Made by a program: the position numbers and the translations under genes. A stretch of 32,000 bases of DNA from Candidatus Iainarchaeum sp. (GTDB lineage: Archaea > Iainarchaeota > Iainarchaeia > Iainarchaeales > JAZDEL01), in contig JAZDEL010000001.1 of assembly GCA_043808785.1 (NCBI GenBank), forward strand, positions 182,455-214,454, written 5' to 3'. Positions 15,334-23,347 of this stretch are shown here, in pieces (within the stretch, counting starts at the first letter, position 1; the number at the start of each line of letters is the position of its first letter). The notes beneath the pieces are model-generated. The model was not told the origin of the DNA, did not search any database, and worked only from the letters and a program-made list of their open reading frames with translations.

Positions 15334-16320
15334 GTGCCCGCAGGCAGGGCGCATTCTTTTTTAATGTCCTGTGAACGCATATTTCGTATGAATAAGAAAA
15401 CTGCCGAAATAGCAAAGCGCATTATGAGCGACGATTTTTTAGATGATTTTGAAAAAAGTTATTTGGCAAAAAAGGAAGAGATGGAACGCTTGTGTTGTGC
15501 TGAAACATTTGATTTGGTTGATAAATTCCAACTTCAGGGAACGGATGAGATCTTCATAGAATCTGATATAATGGCTGACCTTAATCGCCCCCACTTTAGC
15601 AGAGGGCAGCCTATCCGGAAAATAGTGAATAACGGGGTGGTGATATCTAAATTTTTAAATTGCCTGAGGCACACTAAAGCGCTCAAAAATGTTGTTGAGG
15701 GGCCAGTGAATTATTCGATGACTTTTTATGGCAATGGTCTGGAAATATTCAACTTACGGATAAATACTCAGCCTATTGGCAGATTTATTCGGTTTTCCGA
15801 AAATCTTGGGCGGGTTCCTCCCGCGAATTTTTATGTTTTGTTGAAGGAAATCTTGGAGAGTAATAAGTGGGATGCGAAGGATAATTTGGCATTTTCCATA
15901 TACGCCGATAAGCGCAGGTACTCATTGGGCGAGCGTATAACGCTTAAGGCAACCTTAAAAAATATCGGGACTCAACCCGCTTTAATCCACCATTTTCTTT
16001 GTTTAACGGGAAGGTCTTGGGGCGAGTGGGGCGGTGGCGTATGCCCTAAAATAATGGATCCTGCGGATAATCTTTTGAGATATGATTCGAGTATGATTTT
16101 TATGGAATCCTCATGGCCTTTTGGGGCGGAGTGGTTTCTAACCTTAAAACCTGGGGCGGGTTTTGCCGGCAACATATATGACCCTCGCGATGGAACATTA
16201 TGCATTAAAGAAAAAGGAGTGTATAAAATTCAGTGTTATTATCTTAGCCATGTGGATGCTAAAGCCAGCATTTGGAGAGGCACAGTTCTGTCTAATGTGA
16301 TTCAGATAAACATTGTCTGA
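15334..16320 (+). CDS. Hypothetical protein, AT-rich orphan; start uncertain (GTG 15334, ATG 15364 or ATG 15388)
   Basis: This is a 328-aa track ORF with no signal peptide. The C-terminal third (RITLKATLKNIGTQPA...LKPG...GVYKI...W.G.V.SN.I.I) looks like a beta-sandwich. Two 60-nt lines I counted by hand gave about 28-38% GC, against about 58% for one line in the thermosome gene. Confidence 0.6.
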   Translation: MPAGRAHSFLMSCERIFRMNKKTAEIAKRIMSDDFLDDFEKSYLAKKEEMERLCCAETFDLVDKFQLQGTDEIFIESDIMADLNRPHFSRGQPIRKIVNNGVVISKFLNCLRHTKALKNVVEGPVNYSMTFYGNGLEIFNLRINTQPIGRFIRFSENLGRVPPANFYVLLKEILESNKWDAKDNLAFSIYADKRRYSLGERITLKATLKNIGTQPALIHHFLCLTGRSWGEWGGGVCPKIMDPADNLLRYDSSMIFMESSWPFGAEWFLTLKPGAGFAGNIYDPRDGTLCIKEKGVYKIQCYYLSHVDAKASIWRGTVLSNVIQINIV

Positions 16321-16344
16321 GAACTGTGCCAGTCAGGTTGCTGT

Positions 16345-16447
16345 TTGTTTGAAGGCGTGTCAACTTCCCTTTTTGCCCTTCACAGCGCCCTTATACAGCG
16401 CCTCGGTTTCATTCGCAATCTTCCCGATAGTGAACCCGCGCGCCGAA
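16345..16447 (-). pseudogene. Relic 3' fragment of a GT4 glycosyltransferase gene
   Basis: The minus-strand translation ARGFTIGKIANETEALYKGAVKGKKGS-stop matches the C-terminal region ARAFTIEKIAKETEALYKGALRRG of the intact GT at about 17450-17520. It has no upstream coding continuation and lies just after the stop of Fic gene 1. Confidence 0.7.
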
Positions 16448-16465
16448 TTTTTATTTGCGCGCGCC

Positions 16466-17365
16466 CTAATCCCCTTCAAAATATTTCTCCATCACATACC
16501 TTACAAACGGCCTTTCCTTGCGCTCTATCTGGTATTTGTCGAGGGCGTTGTAATAATTCTCTATATCCTCTATCTTTATGTCAATCATGGGGTAGCCTTT
16601 CTTCCACAAAATCCAGTTCATAAGCAGCCTTGAAACCCTGCTGTTCCCGTCCGTAAAGGGCTGGATGGAGTTTATTTTCAGGTGCGTAAGCGCGGCAAGT
16701 TCCAGCGGGTGCAGCCTCCTGCTGTTTGCCCCGTACCATTTAAAGAATTCCGCAATCTCCTTATCAAGCACGTTCCATTTGGGCGGGACATAGGGCGTGC
16801 CCGCAATCTTCACGTCCCTTTTGAGCCCGCTCCGAAATTTTCCCGTGATTGCATCATCCACACCCGCGAAAAGTATTTTATGCAGTTTTTTCAGGAACCC
16901 CATGCCCAGCCTGCCCCTGAATTTCGTTATAGCCACAACTCCCTTTTCGTGGTTCTCCACTTCCTTCACTGTGCGGAGGCTCCTGAAACCTTTCGGCACT
17001 ATGCCGTCCTTGAGTATGAGCGAGGTCTGCCTCAGGGTTACATTAACACCCGAGAGCTTGCTGCTGTCATAGGTAAACCTTATCATGAACTGCCCGAGGC
17101 GCCTGCTTTTCTCCAAAGGGCTGAGCGATTTCAGCTCCTTTGCATTGCGTTCCTTTATTTCCGCTATGCGTGCCGCTTCCTCCGCCGAGAAGTACCTGTA
17201 CCTGCCTTCCTCGGTCTCCCTGATGAATTCTTCCTTCAGCCGTTCCAGCCTCGCTTTTGGCGGCAGGGTTTTGCCTATGTATCGCGATTCTTTCACTACC
17301 TTTTTCCCTTTCCTTACGGAACGGACGAGGACATAGTAGCCGTTAATCTTCCTTATGAAAACCAT
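16466..17365 (-). CDS. Fic-domain protein with a degenerate active site (Q replaces the catalytic H)
   Basis: This is a 299-aa ORF. The Fic motif reads QPFTDGNSRVSR instead of HPFx[DE]GNGRxxR; I checked the CAG codon on the DNA. The inhibitory-helix motif reads SSKLSG instead of SxxxEG. A TATA element (complement of 17389-17396) lies 23 nt upstream of the ATG and overlaps the GT stop codon. Confidence 0.85.
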   Translation of the reverse strand: MVFIRKINGYYVLVRSVRKGKKVVKESRYIGKTLPPKARLERLKEEFIRETEEGRYRYFSAEEAARIAEIKERNAKELKSLSPLEKSRRLGQFMIRFTYDSSKLSGVNVTLRQTSLILKDGIVPKGFRSLRTVKEVENHEKGVVAITKFRGRLGMGFLKKLHKILFAGVDDAITGKFRSGLKRDVKIAGTPYVPPKWNVLDKEIAEFFKWYGANSRRLHPLELAALTHLKINSIQPFTDGNSRVSRLLMNWILWKKGYPMIDIKIEDIENYYNALDKYQIERKERPFVRYVMEKYFEGD

Positions 17366-17391
17366 AGTATAATATTATACACCACACTTAT

Positions 17392-18699
17392 TTAAACGTT
17401 TCGTTTATGCACCACATTTGCGCCGTGCCCTTCCTCAGCCCTATTTCCCCTTCGCAGCGCCCCTTTGTACAGCGCCTCCGTCTCCTTCGCAATCTTTTCG
17501 ATTGTGAACGCGCGCGCGGTTTTCAACGCGGCTTTCCCCATTTTTTCCCTCAGCGCCTCTGAGTGGATTAATTTTTCCATCTTGTCAGCAAGCTCCGCAT
17601 GGTCGAACGGCTTGAAAAGGAACCCGTTCACCCCGTCCTTTATTGAATCAGGAATTGCAAGGCAGTCCGCCCCGATGCAGGGTAAGCCTGTTGCCATCGA
17701 TTCCATGATAGTTAACCCTTGTGTCTCGATTGTAGATGCAGTTACAAAAAAATCATGCCCCGCAACATGCTTCGCAAGCGCGTCGCTCTTCATCGGCGCG
17801 TTGAAAACAACATTCTTCCCCAAACCCTCCGCATGCGCGGTTTTTTTTATTTTCTCGAGCGCAGGCCCCGAGCCCGTGATTGTTAATTCCGCATCGACAC
17901 CGCGCGCCCGCAGCTCCCTCAGCGCGAAAAGCAGGAACTCTATGTTCTTCTCATAACCTATCCTGCCGAAGTAAATCATTTTCGCCTTTCCCGTGCGCGA
18001 AAGCGCGTATTTTTTCTTCGCGAATTTGTTGGTCCGCCCCTTGCGCGCGAGCGCGTATTTTTTCTTCGCGAATTTGTTGAACCTTTTGAAATCAATCGCG
18101 TTCGCCAGCACGCGCACATGTTTAATGCCCTTTTTTTCCAGCTCGCGCTTCATTGTGTTGCTGGGCACGGTTACAATATCGCACTTGTTGTAGAACCTCC
18201 TCACGTACGCCCATGCAAGGTGCTTTGCAGGTGCGGTTTTCCTGATGAGCGGCAGGGGGAGATACATAAGGAACTCGGGAATGTGCGTGTGGTACGTGCC
18301 AATCACGGGCACCCTGTGCCTTTTCCCGTATCTCCTGCCCAGCACCCCTATCCCGAAAGGGGTTTGCACATGCACAACTTCGGGCTTGAATTTTTTGAGT
18401 TCGCTGTTCAGCCTTCCCGAACGCAAATCAGTAATCCTGTAATCTTTGTAGGTAGGCAATGCAATTGAGGGTAAGCAAACAACCGTTGTTCCTCCAGCAC
18501 TCCCGCCCCCGCGCTTCCCCTTGCTGCGGGGCGCGGTTGCGCGCTTCTCCTCCTTCACCTCGAACTTCAGCCCTGTTGCAGGGGCGACAATAAGTATCTC
18601 ATTCCCCATTTCCGCGAGCGCCGTGGCTGTATTTTCAATCTGCGTAACCACGCCGTTTATCTGGGGCTTGTAAGTGTCCGTGAATAGCGCAATTTTCAT
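17392..18699 (-). CDS. GT4-family (GT-B fold) glycosyltransferase
   Basis: The N-terminus is MKIALFTDTYKPQINGV and the C-terminus has an E-x7-E region (ETQGLTIMESMATGLPCI). I chose the ATG at 18699 over the TTG at 18735. The gene contains an in-frame 48-nt tandem duplication. Confidence 0.85.
   Translation of the reverse strand: MKIALFTDTYKPQINGVVTQIENTATALAEMGNEILIVAPATGLKFEVKEEKRATAPRSKGKRGGGSAGGTTVVCLPSIALPTYKDYRITDLRSGRLNSELKKFKPEVVHVQTPFGIGVLGRRYGKRHRVPVIGTYHTHIPEFLMYLPLPLIRKTAPAKHLAWAYVRRFYNKCDIVTVPSNTMKRELEKKGIKHVRVLANAIDFKRFNKFAKKKYALARKGRTNKFAKKKYALSRTGKAKMIYFGRIGYEKNIEFLLFALRELRARGVDAELTITGSGPALEKIKKTAHAEGLGKNVVFNAPMKSDALAKHVAGHDFFVTASTIETQGLTIMESMATGLPCIGADCLAIPDSIKDGVNGFLFKPFDHAELADKMEKLIHSEALREKMGKAALKTARAFTIEKIAKETEALYKGALRRGNRAEEGHGANVVHKRNV
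18003..18079. repeat. In-frame 48-nt tandem duplication inside the GT4 gene
   Basis: The sequence gcgcgtattttttcttcgcgaatttgttg occurs at 18003-18031 and again at 18051-18079. The protein therefore reads NKFAKKKYALARKGRT / NKFAKKKYALSRTGKA. Confidence 0.9.
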
Positions 18700-18738
18700 C
18701 CCTTTCGCCTTCGTGGCTTTCTGCGGAGTGCGCAATCT

Positions 18739-19344
18739 TCATCGCCCTCCTCCCCTTCCGTGGTAATTGAACCTCATCGAACTTATATCTTCCCTGTTTA
18801 TTTCAAACATCCTCGCCCCGCGCTTTGTCTTGCATTTGTACCTGCATGAGGGCGTGAAATACCCGTGGAAATTTTTGGAGAAAAACGCCTCGTCCCACAC
18901 TTCATCAAAAACCGCGCCCGCTTTCGGCTCTATAATTATCATCTTCCCGCCTTTCTTAAGCACCCTCGCGGTTTCGCGCATCGCCCTTGCGTGCTTTGCC
19001 CTTGGTATGTGGTGCAGCACATGCGCAAAAACAGCGACATCAAAACTTTCATCCGCGAAAGGCATCTTCTCCGCGCCCGCGCCGAACACGGGGTAAGGGA
19101 GCATTGCCGCGCGCCCTTTCACAAGCGCCTTGTCCGCCTCTATCCCGCGCACGGAATAGCCTTTCCTCGCAAGGCGCTCGCCTGTCAATCCCAGGCCGCA
19201 CCCCACATCGAGAACCTTGCACCCGCGCGGCAGCATGCGCATGATTTCGGAAAGGTTCCTCGAGCGTGCGTGCAGCATTATGCACGCCTCCTTTGCGTGC
19301 GCATTTTTGAGCATTCCCAAAACAAACTTGTCGACAGCATTCAT
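18739..19344 (-). CDS. Class I SAM-dependent methyltransferase
   Basis: It carries VLDVGCGLGLTG (motif I), FDVAVFAHVLHHI and LKKGGKMIIIEP. Its ATG overlaps the Fic2 stop codon (ATGA at 19341-19344). Confidence 0.85.
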   Translation of the reverse strand: MNAVDKFVLGMLKNAHAKEACIMLHARSRNLSEIMRMLPRGCKVLDVGCGLGLTGERLARKGYSVRGIEADKALVKGRAAMLPYPVFGAGAEKMPFADESFDVAVFAHVLHHIPRAKHARAMRETARVLKKGGKMIIIEPKAGAVFDEVWDEAFFSKNFHGYFTPSCRYKCKTKRGARMFEINREDISSMRFNYHGRGGGR

Positions 19345-20354
19345 CGAACCGCCCCATCTCCGCCTGCGGCATTAATTTTTTTCCCTGATTTCAGGTGCTG
19401 CCGCACTATCTCTTCCGCAAGGAAACCTGTGAACGGCTTGTGGTTATTAATGTTCCCCGCAGCCTGTGTTTTCATGTAAGCCGCCCTTCTTTTTAAAGGT
19501 ATGTTCGTGAACGGGAACCCTTTCTGCTGCAGTATGTAATTCATAAGCAGCCTCGCCATCCTTCCGTTGCCGTCAGCAAACGGGTGAATGCCCGTGAACT
19601 TTGTGTGGAATTTCGCAGCCAGTTCCGCAGGGTGAACCAGTTTTTCGTTCTCCCCGAGCCATTGCACAAGGCCTTTCATCATGCCGGGAACTTCCTGCGG
19701 AAGCGGAAATTCGTGCTCCGAGCCCGCAATGTAGACTTTCACGGGCCTGTAAATTCCCTGATATTTTTCATAGCCCGAAATCCTGTCAAGGAGAATGTAG
19801 TGCAGCTGAAGAATCATTTTTTCCGAAAGCCTTTCTTCGAGCCGCATATATTTGTCGTACCTGTCGAGGCAAGCCTTGAGGTTCAGCGCCTCCTGCTCTT
19901 CGCGGTCTATTCCCGTTACAATTATGTTTTTTTTCTCGTATTTTTTTATTTCTTTTTCCTGCCCTATTATTCTCGAGGTTTCGCTGTAATTAAGGGAACT
20001 CCCTTCTATTGCATTGGAGTCGGTTATGAAGGTGATTCGCTCCCTTCTCACAAAATCCTCCCTCTGCAGTTCCGTTAGCCTGCGCAGGAACTTTTTCTTT
20101 TTTTCGGAGGCCGCCTGCAGCTGCAGGGCTTTCTTGTTTGGGATGAACTCCGTCAGCGGCGGAACAAGCACTGCGTGCTTTTTTCGCCCGCACTTCTTCT
20201 TCAGTTCATCAAACGCTTCCAAAAGGGCTTCATTCCCCGGCTTTTCCGGCCCGAGGTAAATGCTTTCCTTTACCCATTTTTTCCCGCGCTTGAACGACTC
20301 TTCGAGGTAGTAGTAGGTTTTGCCCTTCACAACCCTTTTGCTTACAAGGCACAT
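19341..20354 (-). CDS. Fic family protein (canonical motif; AMPylase-type)
   Basis: This is a 337-aa ORF. It carries HPFADGNGRMAR and the inhibitory-helix motif SNAIEG. Its N-terminus (KGKTYYYLEESFKRGKKWVKESIYLG) is shared with Fic1. Confidence 0.9.
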   Translation of the reverse strand: MCLVSKRVVKGKTYYYLEESFKRGKKWVKESIYLGPEKPGNEALLEAFDELKKKCGRKKHAVLVPPLTEFIPNKKALQLQAASEKKKKFLRRLTELQREDFVRRERITFITDSNAIEGSSLNYSETSRIIGQEKEIKKYEKKNIIVTGIDREEQEALNLKACLDRYDKYMRLEERLSEKMILQLHYILLDRISGYEKYQGIYRPVKVYIAGSEHEFPLPQEVPGMMKGLVQWLGENEKLVHPAELAAKFHTKFTGIHPFADGNGRMARLLMNYILQQKGFPFTNIPLKRRAAYMKTQAAGNINNHKPFTGFLAEEIVRQHLKSGKKINAAGGDGAVR

Positions 20355-20359
20355 GCATA

Positions 20360-20497
20360 GTTATCACGGGAAAACATATTTAAACATATCTCCGTGATAA
20401 CTGCAAGTTATCACTCGCCCGCTTCCAGTACCATGTTTCCGTGATAACCGCGGGTTATTACTCAAACCGTTTTCGGCAGGGCGTTTCCGTGATAACC
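20360..20497. promoter_or_regulatory. Fic2 promoter with an array of GTGATAAC operator-like sites
   Basis: A TATA element (complement of 20377-20384) lies 22 nt upstream of the ATG at 20354. Half-sites are at 20360-20369 (reverse) and 20488-20496 (forward). One palindrome is gtgataac-tgcaa-gttatcac (20394-20414). A second is gtgataac-cgcgg-gttattac (20441-20461). The 15-mer gtttccgtgataacc occurs twice, at 20435-20449 and 20483-20497. Confidence 0.6.
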
Positions 20498-20499
20498 CC

Positions 20500-21204
20500 T
20501 TACCGCACAGGTTCGTAGCTTTCCACAGCCTTTCCCCTGAACTGGAACCTCAGGCCGTTAATGAGGTGGAACAATATATACCTTCCGTATCCCCACTTTT
20601 TCACCCTGCGCGCGGAAACGTTCGCAACCACGGCGGCGCAGTATTTCACCTTTCCCTTTTTCCCCATCCTTTTTGCCAGGTCGAGGTCTTCTGCGGTTAC
20701 GAGCGCTGTGTTAAGCCCCCCCGCCTCCTCGAACCACTGTCTCCTTACTGCCATGTTCGAGCCTATGGGGTTGTGCATTCCGAACAGCGACATCGCGCGC
20801 AGGAAGAATGAGATGGCAATTTTGCTTGCAACCCTCTCATGCCTCCTCGCATCCGAAAAACAAACAGGCCCGTAAACCATCGCGAGGTTTTTGTTTTTTT
20901 CGAACTCGCGCGCGATGTTTTCAACCCAGTCAGGAGGAAGCACGGCATCGGCATCAGTGAAGGCAATTACATCCCCCTTCGCAATCTTTGCGCCAGCCTG
21001 CCTCTCCCAAGCGGCGGAACGGTTCCTCTCAAGCGCAACCTTCGCGCCCAACTTTTTGGCGATTGCAACTGTCTTGTCCTCGCTGTAACCGTCCCCCACA
21101 ACCAACTCGATTTTGTGTTTTGTTTTCTGTACCCTCGCGCTCTCCAGCGCCGCCCCTATGTAATTCTCCTCGTTCAGTGCGCCTATGACAACGGAAACCA
21201 GCAT
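20500..21204 (-). CDS. GT2-family glycosyltransferase
   Basis: It reads VSVVIGALNEENYIG...VVGDGYSEDKT...FTDADAVLPPDW, which is a GT-A fold signature with a DxD-like DAD. Confidence 0.85.
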   Translation of the reverse strand: MLVSVVIGALNEENYIGAALESARVQKTKHKIELVVGDGYSEDKTVAIAKKLGAKVALERNRSAAWERQAGAKIAKGDVIAFTDADAVLPPDWVENIAREFEKNKNLAMVYGPVCFSDARRHERVASKIAISFFLRAMSLFGMHNPIGSNMAVRRQWFEEAGGLNTALVTAEDLDLAKRMGKKGKVKYCAAVVANVSARRVKKWGYGRYILFHLINGLRFQFRGKAVESYEPVR

Positions 21205-21258
21205 AACCAGAATTGGGGAATTGTTAATAAAAGGAGTTAGGGTTTTTGCAAAGCGCGG

Positions 21259-22647
21259 TCAGGCGGCTTTCTTCAGTTTTTCTTTTGCGCCCATTACTCC
21301 AAGGAGTGCATCTTCATAGGCGGATTTCCGCCCCTTAATTCTTCCGAATTTGCGATCCATATTCCCTTCCCTGAGCGTTACCTTTTCCTCTGTCCTTTTT
21401 TGCTTTGCATTTAATATGGCCAGGTTCCCTTTCGCCCCTACCTGCTTTTCCTGCATTGAAAGTATCCTAAAACGCAATGCATCCGCCCGTTCCTTCTTTG
21501 CCAGCCTTCGCGCTTCGAGCCTTCCTTGTATGCCCTGAATGCGCCCCTGTCTGTCAACAATCTTTTGCTCAAGCCTGTGCGCCTTTTTCTCCCCGCCCTT
21601 CGCCCTTGCAGCATCCAGCCTGTCCTGGGTTTTCTCAATTACGCGCCCGATTTTATCAACCCTTCTCCCCGCCCTCCACTTCGCAAGCCTCCAGCGCAGG
21701 CCTGTCGGAGTTTCAACCCATTTGTCGAGTTTGTATGCCTTTTTATTCATTTTATTAATCGCCTTCTGCGCCTTCAGGATTGCCCTCTTGTTCCTGTATT
21801 TACCCCAGGCAACAAGCGGCGCTTTAGCCCCTTTCAGGTAGCGCAGCCTCCAGTCCTCGGCTTTCATATGCTCCGCGCCCTGCGGATTATTTGCAAGATT
21901 TATCCTACTCTGCAGGCGCGCCTCAGCTAAAGTCAACCCGCCCATTGCCGTTGCTTTTGCAGTCGTCTTTGCCCCGCTCCATACATAAGGTGCCGCTTCT
22001 TTGACTCCCCTTGCTGTGGCCTTTGCTCCCCGCCAGCCCTGTTCGCTAGCCCATTTGGTCCCCTGCCATGTGGCGTTCGCCCCTTTTTTCACGCCTGCGC
22101 CAGTTGCATTAGCCGCATTTCCTATTTGCCTCCCCGCCCATGCGCCAGCCGCCCCCACTGCCCTGCTTGCAAGTTTAGCGTGCCCCGCCGTTCTCTCGGC
22201 GTCTTTCTTGACAAATTCCCCAATGCTCCTTGCTGCAGCCCCTGTATAATCCCTAAACTGCGCCTTCTGCATTTGCTGGCGTTGCATCTTCAGCCGATTT
22301 GTTTTCATGAGCGCATTATTATATTCGGAGAATTCGGCATAACTTGGGAACTCGGGATAATTCTTCCGGAATTCATTGTCCCACCATTCAGGCCCCCTTT
22401 CCTTAATCATCTGCCTGAAATAGCCTGTGTAGGTGCGGCTCATGAATCTGCGCCTTAAGGCTTTTGAATCGCCCCTGCTTGCTTTTATGTCGCTCCTTGC
22501 GGCGGCTATGAGGTCTTTTCTCATATTTCTTATTTTTTTGCCGCCCCTCCCGACATTAATTCGCATTGGCAAGTAGATCACGTATCCGCCTTTATTGAGC
22601 CCGATAATGTTTAGTGTTCCGCGGTTAATAAACGTTTCTTTTTGCAT
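21259..22647 (-). CDS. Hypothetical, highly basic protein with Ala/Gly/Lys repeats and a coiled-coil-like C-terminal half
   Basis: This is a 462-aa ORF. It has internal repeats (GANATWQGTKWA, GAKATARGVKEAA, GAKTTAKATAMGG) and a long K/R-rich helical region. No domain was recognised. Confidence 0.6.
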   Translation of the reverse strand: MQKETFINRGTLNIIGLNKGGYVIYLPMRINVGRGGKKIRNMRKDLIAAARSDIKASRGDSKALRRRFMSRTYTGYFRQMIKERGPEWWDNEFRKNYPEFPSYAEFSEYNNALMKTNRLKMQRQQMQKAQFRDYTGAAARSIGEFVKKDAERTAGHAKLASRAVGAAGAWAGRQIGNAANATGAGVKKGANATWQGTKWASEQGWRGAKATARGVKEAAPYVWSGAKTTAKATAMGGLTLAEARLQSRINLANNPQGAEHMKAEDWRLRYLKGAKAPLVAWGKYRNKRAILKAQKAINKMNKKAYKLDKWVETPTGLRWRLAKWRAGRRVDKIGRVIEKTQDRLDAARAKGGEKKAHRLEQKIVDRQGRIQGIQGRLEARRLAKKERADALRFRILSMQEKQVGAKGNLAILNAKQKRTEEKVTLREGNMDRKFGRIKGRKSAYEDALLGVMGAKEKLKKAA

Positions 22648-22774
22648 TCAGGGGCGTGCATCAGATGCAATTTCCGAAAACCAGCGTAGTCAGAGTTTAA
22701 ATACCCTCGGCGCAACTAATATATATACCAATTACATAATGAATTAAAGAAAGAATAAAAGAAATCGGGAAGGC

Positions 22775-23347
22775 GTGCGCATGGTTTCGGGGAAGGTTCT
22801 GCTGGGGGCGGGGGTTGTTGTTGTGCTCGCTGTTGCGGCATATTTCCTGCTCGTGCCTTCGGAAAAGGCGGAACTGGAAAAACTCAACGCAATCCTCGCG
22901 AAATACGGGGTTGATTTCCCGGATAATTTTTCCTATGCTGCGCTTGCGGCGTTGCCCGCCTCCACGCGCTCCACAATGAAGTCGGAACTGCAGGATTTTG
23001 CGGCTGGTGGCGCTATTTTCAAAAAGCCTGAAAGCGTTGTGAAATCCGCCAATTTCATGGTTGCATTTATTGATGTCGTGAACTCTGCGGAACTGACCGA
23101 CAAAAAGAATGCCGAAATTCTTGCCGGTTTTTCAAAGCCGCCCTGCGACAGCCTGGGCACAATAAGCGAGCGTAACGAACTTGAAGCGATGACAATTTCG
23201 CTTCTTGCCCAATTGCAGGATGAGGCGAGGGAACTTTCAAGCGATAAGGATGTGACTCTGAGCCAGCAACTGATTGACCAGCTAACTGCCGACCACGAGC
23301 AGCATGTCAGGGCATTTAACGATTTGAAAGGGGGTTGTGTGCAATGA
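22775..23347 (+). CDS. Membrane-anchored hypothetical protein (first gene of the exported trio)
   Basis: This is a 190-aa ORF starting at GTG 22775 or ATG 22781. It has one N-terminal hydrophobic helix (VLLGAGVVVVLAVAAYFLLV). Its stop overlaps the ATG of the next gene (ATGA at 23344-23347). Confidence 0.65.
   Translation: MRMVSGKVLLGAGVVVVLAVAAYFLLVPSEKAELEKLNAILAKYGVDFPDNFSYAALAALPASTRSTMKSELQDFAAGGAIFKKPESVVKSANFMVAFIDVVNSAELTDKKNAEILAGFSKPPCDSLGTISERNELEAMTISLLAQLQDEARELSSDKDVTLSQQLIDQLTADHEQHVRAFNDLKGGCVQ

Noticed and set aside
20360-20497. GTTATCAC sites resembling bacterial DnaA boxes (TTATCCACA), suggesting a replication origin
   Set aside because: The context is archaeal, there is no orc1/cdc6 gene and no AT-rich unwinding element, and the sites are arranged as operator-like palindromes around a promoter.
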